A stretch of DNA of 64,000 nucleotides from Candidatus Latescibacterota bacterium (GTDB lineage Bacteria > Latescibacterota > UBA2968 > UBA8231): NCBI GenBank assembly GCA_965215195.1, contig CBDCDC010000002.1:448001-512000 (forward strand), in the 5' to 3' direction. Shown here piece by piece: positions 37,268 to 44,884 of this stretch (its first letter is position 1; each line of letters opens with the position of its first letter). The translations under genes were made by a program, and so were the position numbers. The notes under the pieces are model-generated. The model saw nothing but the letters and a program-made list of their open reading frames with translations. It searched no databases and was not told the origin of the DNA.

Positions 37268-38719
37268 TTAGACAATGCTGGTCCGCAACCACGCCCGGTA
37301 GGCCAGCATGTAGGTGAGCGTGGCGAAGAAGAATAGACCGATGACATCGACGACCGCGTGCCGCAGCAAGGTCGTCGCCGACAGGTTCTCGGTGAAAATC
37401 GGCAGGGTGTCGGGGTCGATTTTCTGCCGCGACAGCCCTTGGGCGACGAGGGGGATGTGCATGCTTTTGGGATCGTCGCGGTCGCGGGTGAGCATGGTCT
37501 GCTCAAACTGCTGGACAAAGGTGCGCGCCTGCTCGACAAAGCTTTTGTGGCGCGCCAGTCCGGTGCCGGCGAGCGCCTCCATGCCGTACTGAAAGCAGCC
37601 CATTGGCGACAGACGCACGATGTGGCGGGCGTTTTCGACCTCGCCGAGGCTGTGAGCCAAAAAGCGGTTTTCGCGGTCTTGGTGAAACTGGCGCACGGCG
37701 CGTTGGGCGTCGGCCAACTGGCGCACTTTTTCGGGGTTTCTCAGATCGCGGTTCCGCAAACTGTTCTTAAGGTGAATGAGTCTTTGGCGCGCCGGCGTGT
37801 TTTTCTTTGCGAAGCCATGCCCCAGCACCAGTTCCTCCTCGAATTCGCTGACCAACACGCGGGCGGCCAGTGCGCCGCCGGTGGCCGGCCAGAGCAGCAC
37901 CCCGCAAGTCCACAGCAACAGCACGCCCACTAAGCTGGAGCGCGTGGTGCTGCTCCGTATTGACACCCACAGCCCCAAGCCGACAAAGCAGGCCAGATAC
38001 AGCAGCGACAGGCCGACCATGCCGACCAAGCGCCCGGCCTCGACCAGACCCAAGTTCATCTGCGAGAGTGCGAGGACGATGAGCAAGTTGACGACAATGG
38101 CGAGGCTGAGCACGAGGGCGAGAGCCAGCATCGCGCCGAGGAACTTGCCCAGCAGCAGGGTGTGGCGCGGCAGGCTCTGCGCCATGACCAGCTTGAGGGT
38201 GCCGCGCTCTTTTTCGCCGATGAAGGCGTCAAAGGTGAACAACAAGGCCATGAGGCTGAGCAGGCCGCCGATGATAAAGACCCAGTCGATGGCTTGCGTT
38301 TCGAGCAGTTGGCTGGCCTTGGGAGCCCAGATGTCGATGATGTCCCAGTAGATGAGTACAAAGGGATCGTAGAATGTGGTGCCACCGTAGGTACTTTCAA
38401 AGCTCTGGGTCCACAGGCGTTCGGGCAGGGCGTCGTTGGCCCCGGTGGCGCAGAACATGAGGGGGCTGGGTTTTTTATAGAGGTACTTTTGCCCGGAGTG
38501 GAGGATCAGCTTCCACAGGCCGCGTTGGGCGTGGCTGCGGCCAATTTCTTGCTCGGCTTGGACTTGCTGGAGATAGTGGTCGCGCCGGAACTCGTACGAG
38601 CCGCCGACAAAGCCGAGGGCGTTGAGCACCATGAACCCCACCGTCAGCACGAGGGCCAAGCCAAAGCGCAGGCTGAGGAGGTGATCGATCAGTTCGCGTT
38701 TTACAATAGCGGTTAGCAT
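37268..38719 (-). CDS. ABC-2-type exporter permease
   Basis: Start MLTAIVKREL; 'FDAFIGEKERGTLKLVM..LLLGKFLG'. Confidence 0.88.
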   Translation of the reverse strand: MLTAIVKRELIDHLLSLRFGLALVLTVGFMVLNALGFVGGSYEFRRDHYLQQVQAEQEIGRSHAQRGLWKLILHSGQKYLYKKPSPLMFCATGANDALPERLWTQSFESTYGGTTFYDPFVLIYWDIIDIWAPKASQLLETQAIDWVFIIGGLLSLMALLFTFDAFIGEKERGTLKLVMAQSLPRHTLLLGKFLGAMLALALVLSLAIVVNLLIVLALSQMNLGLVEAGRLVGMVGLSLLYLACFVGLGLWVSIRSSTTRSSLVGVLLLWTCGVLLWPATGGALAARVLVSEFEEELVLGHGFAKKNTPARQRLIHLKNSLRNRDLRNPEKVRQLADAQRAVRQFHQDRENRFLAHSLGEVENARHIVRLSPMGCFQYGMEALAGTGLARHKSFVEQARTFVQQFEQTMLTRDRDDPKSMHIPLVAQGLSRQKIDPDTLPIFTENLSATTLLRHAVVDVIGLFFFATLTYMLAYRAWLRTSIV

Positions 38720-38745
38720 GGGGATGCCTCCTTCTGTTGGGTCGC

Positions 38746-40311
38746 TCACATAGCGTCGTAGCGGGCGAAGCACCGATTGGCGACGACAAAGAGCACGGCC
38801 GCATACAGCCCTAGGACCGTTAGGGCTGGCAGGGCGTGACTCAAGCTCTCGCTGACCGTCCAGCCGCGCTCGTGAAATCGCGGCAAGTCGCGCAGGTCGG
38901 CGCGCCAGCCGGGATCGTCGTTGAACCACTCGCGGGCGCCAAATGCATCGCGGTCCTCAAGGAAGGTGATGACTTGCCCGCGATAGGCGCGCACTTGGTC
39001 GATAAAGTCTTCGTATTCGCGTTGGCTGGTGCCGGCGAAGATACTGGCGGCTTGGGCGTATGCGCCGGCCGGCAGGAGGCGTTGGAGTTGGGCGTTGAGT
39101 CGTTGGATGCGGCGGGGGAAGCCTTCGAGCAGGGGGGCCTTCTCGTTCCAAGCGCGCTGGGCGTACTGCAAGCGCAACCGCTCGCCGGTGCGGACGATGT
39201 CTTGGAACTTCGCCAGCGCGGGCGAATCGGCGACATTCGATAGGTAGAGTTGGGGCGTCTGCCCGTCTCTTATAGAGTAGCTTCCTCCATAAGCGGATAA
39301 CGTTCCGCGTTCCCGCGTCGCGGGGAGCCGTTTGACCATATTTGTGGGAAAGTACTGGGTCTGGCCGTGCGCCCGTGCGAGATCCGTGACCTCCTGCTCG
39401 AACTCTTTCCACACTTGCGCGGCTTGGTGGTGGGCTTGGGCATGCTTTTCGCCCATGTTGGCCTGCTCGTTGAGCAAAGCTGAAATGCTGTTGGGCAGCC
39501 CAATCGCCAGCAGTGCCCACGCGAATAGCGCGTAAATCAAGCTGGTCGCCGAGCGGTGCGTGGCGCACGAGATCGCCAGCCCAATCAGGTAGAATACCAG
39601 CAGGTACAGCAGCGACAGCGCGAACAGCCAGCCCACCCGCACCCACTCGCCGATCCCGACTTCGATGTTCTCGGTGCCCAACAGCAAGATCGTCAGCAGG
39701 ATAAAGCCCAAGGCCGTTGGAATGGCCAGCGTGGTCAGGCCGGCGAGGACTTTGCCGGCGAGGACTTGGGCGCGGCTGACGTTGGTGGTCAGCATCAGCC
39801 GCAGGGTGCCGTCCTCCTTCTCGCCGGAGACGGTCTCGCTGGCGATGAGAATGGCCAGCAAGCCGAGCACGAGTTGGAAGATGTACACCATGTCGAAGAA
39901 GGCAAAGAGGGCGAGGTAGGGATTGCTCGACTGAAAGGGCGAGACCTCCTCGGCTTGGTAGGGCACCTCGAAGAGGAGCACTTTGACGGCTTGTCCCAAC
40001 TGTCGTTCGGCTCCTTGGGCGAACACTTGTAGGGGGCGCGGCAGTCGTAGGGCCCGTGGAGCGGCCTTGGGTATGGTCTCGTTGGGTGTGCTTAACTTGT
40101 CGCTACCCAGGGCCGAATAATAGGTGATTTCGTGCAGTTTGCTGTCCTCAACGGCTCGCTGTATGAGGTAGCTGGCCTTTTTGTGGACATAGGCCTGAGT
40201 AGAGAGTACGCCGTTGGCGATGATGAGCACCACCGCGAGGGCGGTGCAAGCGGCGAAGCGCTGGCTGAGCAGATGGCTGAGCATCTCTTTTTTGAACACA
40301 ATGCCGATCAT
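38746..40311 (-). CDS. ABC-2-type exporter permease
   Basis: 'VSGEKEDGTLRLML..VLAGKVLAG'; paralog of the neighbouring permease. Confidence 0.88.
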   Translation of the reverse strand: MIGIVFKKEMLSHLLSQRFAACTALAVVLIIANGVLSTQAYVHKKASYLIQRAVEDSKLHEITYYSALGSDKLSTPNETIPKAAPRALRLPRPLQVFAQGAERQLGQAVKVLLFEVPYQAEEVSPFQSSNPYLALFAFFDMVYIFQLVLGLLAILIASETVSGEKEDGTLRLMLTTNVSRAQVLAGKVLAGLTTLAIPTALGFILLTILLLGTENIEVGIGEWVRVGWLFALSLLYLLVFYLIGLAISCATHRSATSLIYALFAWALLAIGLPNSISALLNEQANMGEKHAQAHHQAAQVWKEFEQEVTDLARAHGQTQYFPTNMVKRLPATRERGTLSAYGGSYSIRDGQTPQLYLSNVADSPALAKFQDIVRTGERLRLQYAQRAWNEKAPLLEGFPRRIQRLNAQLQRLLPAGAYAQAASIFAGTSQREYEDFIDQVRAYRGQVITFLEDRDAFGAREWFNDDPGWRADLRDLPRFHERGWTVSESLSHALPALTVLGLYAAVLFVVANRCFARYDAM

Positions 40312-40329
40312 GGTGCGGCTCCTAGATTG

Positions 40330-40364
40330 GAAGCGGCCTCCGAGCCTAGCGTGGAGGCCGCTTC
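40330..40364 (-). terminator. Intergenic stem-loop
   Basis: GAAGCGGCCTCC-11nt-GGAGGCCGCTTC; no clear U-tail. Confidence 0.45.
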
Positions 40365-40413
40365 GCTCGCTTATGGAATAGTGTGGGTTGTTGCTTGCGG
40401 CACGGTGAGGAGA

Positions 40414-41232
40414 TTACATGAAGTTGAACAGAAGAAATTGATGCGGCACACCATGGCTGAAATAGACCTCTACATGGCGCCACATAGCCTTCTCGGGATC
40501 CCAAAGTAGCCGAAAAAAGGTAGGAGTGCGCCCTGGTGTCTCAAACGTGGTGAACTCTTCGGGCTCTTCAACGATGAACATGATGTCGGCAAAGACCAGA
40601 GGTGTGCCGCCTTGCAAGCGCTTTTCGACTTCTTCCCGTAGTTTGATGAACTCAAAGAACACGTTGCCCTTGGGAAGCATGCCATGAGTCTCAAGGTAGG
40701 ACTTATAGCTAGCGTATTCCTCCTGCATCTCAAACACCTTGAACGCGCTGTCGAAAAAAGACACGTTTGCAAAGAAATAGTCGCGTTTCGCCATATTGAG
40801 CATGACCTTGTGAAAGCTTTTGAAGAAAGCAGAGGGCGTGTCGGTATCACCTTCTAGGACTCCCTGACTCTTGGTCTCCTTTTTCACCTGCTCTATCAGG
40901 TCGGAGTTATTAGCACCCTCTCGCATGTAAAATGCAACGGCGAGACTATCGCTACCCGAAACCGAAAAGGCGACCAAGAGATCGTAGAGCCAATCGCGTA
41001 GACCGGCTTCTTGCTCCAGATCAATGGCAGTACCCAAGTCAACGGGGATGGACTCTATGGCATTCCGCAATTCATCGCCGGCCTCGACCTTCATCATCTC
41101 TTGACCGTGGATATAGTCGTAGAAGACTTGGAGGCTGTCGGATGAAAAGCCGCCGTACTGGGGCTTAGGCTCGGCAGCACTGGAGATGCCGTACCAGATG
41201 GTGATCAGGGCGAAAATGGCTAAGGATTGCAT
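40414..41232 (-). CDS. Hypothetical secreted protein
   Basis: AAGGAG RBS, signal peptide, 272 aa, no recognisable motif; visibly AT-richer than its neighbours. Confidence 0.75.
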   Translation of the reverse strand: MQSLAIFALITIWYGISSAAEPKPQYGGFSSDSLQVFYDYIHGQEMMKVEAGDELRNAIESIPVDLGTAIDLEQEAGLRDWLYDLLVAFSVSGSDSLAVAFYMREGANNSDLIEQVKKETKSQGVLEGDTDTPSAFFKSFHKVMLNMAKRDYFFANVSFFDSAFKVFEMQEEYASYKSYLETHGMLPKGNVFFEFIKLREEVEKRLQGGTPLVFADIMFIVEEPEEFTTFETPGRTPTFFRLLWDPEKAMWRHVEVYFSHGVPHQFLLFNFM

Positions 41233-41401
41233 GGTGTTCTCCTTGTTTTTGATAGGTTATTGTAGGCGGTGAGTGGTCGGCTGGGTTGCCCTTGGGTAGC
41301 GGCGAGTAACCTCCGAGGTGAAGCCCCAAGCCAGTTTAGACGATGTGCTTCATAAGCGTTCCCTCCTTTCTGTTGTGGGTTGTTGCTTTTGTGGGCATTA
41401 T

Positions 41402-41417
41402 CGCAATTATCGTGCCA
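41402..41417 (-). promoter_or_regulatory. sigma54 promoter
   Basis: Reverse complement reads TGGCAC-GATAA-TTGCG. Confidence 0.8.
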
Positions 41418-41562
41418 ATGAATGGCCAGCGGGCGATAATCGCGCCGCTTCCTTTGATTTTATACATCCTAACTACCTGTTATACAATACGTTATAAAAA
41501 GAAAATTAATTTTCTCGCCCGCCTCTCAGGCTTTTTGCGACGCTCGCTTGACGCCCCAAAAA

Positions 41563-41621
41563 TGCGCGGATATATCGCATAAGTGCGTCAAATCATCGCG
41601 CTAATGCGACTAATCATCGCA
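41563..41621. promoter_or_regulatory. Three phased TGCG-N9-CGCA boxes
   Basis: Boxes start at 41563, 41584 and 41605 (21-bp period); the first box is identical to the one at 36965. Confidence 0.7.
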
Positions 41622-41679
41622 CAGATTGGTTGGTGCGGAATGAGCGGAGAGTAGTTACTATGCTGACATCTTAGGTATG

Positions 41680-41750
41680 GGATGCTTCGCCGCGCTCCGC
41701 ATGACATCGGATAGCACAGTGCCAGCACCTGTCCTGCTGAGCGGAGCGCG
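41680..41750. repeat. Degenerate REP-like inverted repeat
   Basis: GATGCTTCGCCGCGCTCCGCATGACA ... TGTCCTGCTGAGCGGAGCG. Confidence 0.45.
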
Positions 41751-41870
41751 GAGTCGCTTCACCCGTAGCATCAGTCAGTAAGAAGGGAAGTTGCTGTTGA
41801 GAGCTATGCTCGGCCTTGCGGTCGCCAGCGACAGCACCGCTCAGGTCGAGTAGGGTACGCGGAGCCGTTT

Positions 41871-43016
41871 TCAGCGCACCCCTTCCTCCCAAGACGGCAA
41901 GCTCAAACCGTCCTGATCCCAGACAATTTCGCCGGCCCGCAGGGTCATGCGGCCCTCTATCTTTTGGCTGCCTTGCAGGGTGCTGCGGGTGGCATCGACA
42001 AAGCCAAAGCGGCCTTGGTGGATGGCCAGCACGGCTACATCGGCTTCAGCACCTACGCTCAGGTGGCCCAGCTCGGGCCGGCGGATGACTTCGGCCGGGC
42101 GCTGGGTTGAGCGGTAGATGACCTCTTGCAGCGGCATCCCCAAGGCCAGCATTTTCGACATGGTGATATTCATGGTGGCATTGGGCAGCAGGCGGCTGCG
42201 GCGGTGCAGATCGGTGCTGATGGTATCGGGTGGGAAGCCTTGGGCCATGGCCGGCACGGCAAGGTGGAAGCGGAAGGAGGCATTGCCGTGGCCCAAGTCG
42301 AAAATCACGCCGCGCTCGCGGGCCTGCCAGACGAAGTCGAAAATGCGGCCGTCGTCGCCGAGCATGGGCGTGCGCATGGAATAGCAGTGGGTGTGGATGT
42401 CGCCGGGGCTGTAGCGGGCGAGCAGCTCGGGGTAGGTACGGGTGGGTTTGGGCGAGAAATCGACCATGACAATGGTGCCGGCCCGCCGCGCCGCCGCCAT
42501 GGCCCCGCCGGTCGATTCCCAGCCCGGCCCGCCAAAATGGGCCGATTTGACCCCGACGATGTGCTCGGGGTAGCGCTCGACTGTTGCAGCGCAGGGAATG
42601 GGGTCCATATCGGTGGTGTCCTGCTCGGGGGGGCCGGTCATGCCAGCACCGACGATGTTGACAAAGGCGAGGACGCGGGTCGTGGACTGGTCTATGATGG
42701 TCTCTTTGAAATCGGCAAAATCCTTGTACCCAGCGCCGCCGGTATCGACGCAGGTGGTGACCCCGTGCGGCAGGTTGTGGGGGTCGGGGAAGAGCCAAGC
42801 GTCAAAGCCGCCGTACACGTGCAGGTGGATGTCGATGAGGCCGGGGGTGACGTAGAGGCCGGCGACATTGGCTTGTCGTTGTGCGGTGCCGGGCAACTGC
42901 GGCCCTACGGCGGCAATTTTGCCGTCTTTGACGGCGAGGTCGGCCGGGCCGTCAAGGTTGTTTTTGGGGTCAATGAGGTGGCCGTTTTTGAGTAGGACAT
43001 CGTAGTGTGGGGACAT
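41871..43016 (-). CDS. Amidohydrolase / dihydroorotase-like metallohydrolase
   Basis: 'PGLIDIHLH', 'GVTTCVDTG', 'GDIHTH', 'DLGHG', 'TISTDLH'. Confidence 0.9.
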   Translation of the reverse strand: MSPHYDVLLKNGHLIDPKNNLDGPADLAVKDGKIAAVGPQLPGTAQRQANVAGLYVTPGLIDIHLHVYGGFDAWLFPDPHNLPHGVTTCVDTGGAGYKDFADFKETIIDQSTTRVLAFVNIVGAGMTGPPEQDTTDMDPIPCAATVERYPEHIVGVKSAHFGGPGWESTGGAMAAARRAGTIVMVDFSPKPTRTYPELLARYSPGDIHTHCYSMRTPMLGDDGRIFDFVWQARERGVIFDLGHGNASFRFHLAVPAMAQGFPPDTISTDLHRRSRLLPNATMNITMSKMLALGMPLQEVIYRSTQRPAEVIRRPELGHLSVGAEADVAVLAIHQGRFGFVDATRSTLQGSQKIEGRMTLRAGEIVWDQDGLSLPSWEEGVR

Positions 43017-43026
43017 GGTGCTCCTG

Positions 43027-43776
43027 TCAGTCGCCGGGGAAGTGCCCTTGGTACTCCAGCCCTAGTAGCTCCCGAGACCGGGCCACATTGCAGTACGTAT
43101 CCGCGTCTGGGTGACTGGCCGTGTGCATAATGTCGAACTCGATAGTCGCGGATGTGAGTGCCAAGTGGCAGGCCTCGGCCAGATCGCGTCGGCAGACCCA
43201 GCTAACGCCGCCGCGGGCGGGGTGGCCGTCTCGACTGATGCCGAGTCTGCTGTCGCCGATGCTACAGGGCCGGAAAACAATGATCCGCAGCCCATAGGCG
43301 TCGTGGAACTGGCGGCACATTTCCTCCTGCAGGCGCTTTGAGATGCCGTACAGGCTTCCTTCCTTGCTGCGCACCTCCGACGACAGGAAAACGCCGTCTG
43401 GGTGCTGCACGACGCAGGAACCCATGTGTACCACTCGTTTGAGCTTGTGGCGACGGGCCGACTCCAAGACATTCCACATTCCCTTGAGGTTGATGAGAAA
43501 GGGGTTCACATCAACTTCGGGCGGGTTCTCGTAGCCGAAGTAAGCGGCTAGATGGACGACGCCGTCCATGCCTTCCAAGGCCCTGTGGACGGCGTGGAAG
43601 TCGGCGATATCCCCGTAGAGTTTTTCTCCCTCCCAGTCGCCGTCGAAGCGGCGGTAGGTCGCATAGGCTTCGGGGCTGTAATCGAAGGCGCGCACTTGGT
43701 GGCGACCGGCGAAGTTTTCCAGCACGGCCCGGCCGACCCACCCGGCGGCACCCATAATGGCCACTTTCACGAGCAC
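43027..43776 (-). CDS. NAD-dependent epimerase/dehydrogenase
   Basis: 'GAAGWVG', 'VVHLAA', 'YGISK'. Confidence 0.88.
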   Translation of the reverse strand: MLVKVAIMGAAGWVGRAVLENFAGRHQVRAFDYSPEAYATYRRFDGDWEGEKLYGDIADFHAVHRALEGMDGVVHLAAYFGYENPPEVDVNPFLINLKGMWNVLESARRHKLKRVVHMGSCVVQHPDGVFLSSEVRSKEGSLYGISKRLQEEMCRQFHDAYGLRIIVFRPCSIGDSRLGISRDGHPARGGVSWVCRRDLAEACHLALTSATIEFDIMHTASHPDADTYCNVARSRELLGLEYQGHFPGD

Positions 43777-43813
43777 TCCTCCTGAGACCGGCGGCCGGTG
43801 AGCGGCGCCGCAG

Positions 43814-44794
43814 TCATTCGCTGTACACCGCCTCGAGCAGGCCTCTCATGTAGCCGATGGCGTAGAGACGCTCCATTGAGTGCATATCGACGAAGTCTTT
43901 GTAGGTTAGTTGCGGGAAATGGTCGGGGCGGGCGACCCCCTCGTACCCAGTGTCGCGATAGGCCCTGACACAGGCCGCCATGTCGTGCTTGCCGTCGTCG
44001 TGGAAGGCCTCGTCGAACTTCTCCGGTGTGCCCCTGATGTCGCGGAAATGGACGAAGTGGATCTTTTGCTGCTCGCCGAAATGGCGAATGACGCCGGGCA
44101 GGTCGTCGGTCATGAGGCCGAAGTTGCCCTGACAGAGGCCGATGCCGTTTGCCGGGCTGGGAACGAGATCGACCATCTTCTGGTAATTCTCAACGCTGCT
44201 GATGATGCGGGCGATGCCTTGGATCGGCGACAGGGGCGGGTCGTCGGGATGCATGGCGAGCTTGACGTTCGCCTCTTCGGCGACCGGGACAACGCGCTCG
44301 AGGAAGTATTGCAGGTTGTCCCACTGGTCCGCCTCGGTGACTTCGCCATGCTCGCCTGCGGGGTGGGCTTTGTTGAATTCCTCGAGGTCGAAGCCGGTCA
44401 CCTTGGCACCGCCTCGCGTCGGGATTGCGGACGACGTGCGAATCACGGAGAGAATCGGCATCCACGCAGGGCACCACACTGGGATGCCGACCGCCCCCAT
44501 GTTGCGGATGAACTCGCAGACGACGGCGATCTCTTCGTCGCGCCCCGGCTGGGCCAGCTTGATCTTTTCCATGGGGGGACGGCTTTCAATGACCGCTAGC
44601 TGATAGCCGTTTTGCTCGTACTGGGTCTTGAAACGAGCTAGGGACTGGCGGCTGAACGGCTGCGCTGGGTGGTCGATCGGTTTATCCGCTAGCGGCGCGA
44701 GGCCAAAGGTGCCGACGGCATGCTCGACGCCGCACTGGGCCCCAAAGGTCGATACGGCGCTGGCGTCTGGTCCGAGTGCCAAAGCGATTTTCAT
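43814..44794 (-). CDS. uxuA: Mannonate dehydratase family protein
   Basis: 'WDNLQYFLERVVPVAEE..AMHPDDPP', 'HFVHFRD', 'RPDH'. Confidence 0.85.
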   Translation of the reverse strand: MKIALALGPDASAVSTFGAQCGVEHAVGTFGLAPLADKPIDHPAQPFSRQSLARFKTQYEQNGYQLAVIESRPPMEKIKLAQPGRDEEIAVVCEFIRNMGAVGIPVWCPAWMPILSVIRTSSAIPTRGGAKVTGFDLEEFNKAHPAGEHGEVTEADQWDNLQYFLERVVPVAEEANVKLAMHPDDPPLSPIQGIARIISSVENYQKMVDLVPSPANGIGLCQGNFGLMTDDLPGVIRHFGEQQKIHFVHFRDIRGTPEKFDEAFHDDGKHDMAACVRAYRDTGYEGVARPDHFPQLTYKDFVDMHSMERLYAIGYMRGLLEAVYSE

Positions 44795-44884
44795 GCCTCA
44801 TCCTCTCTTTCTATTTTGTGAATAACGGCGACACTGTCTCCGTCAAGCCACGCCTTTTAGGGCGCTGTGGACGGCAGCAGGGTT

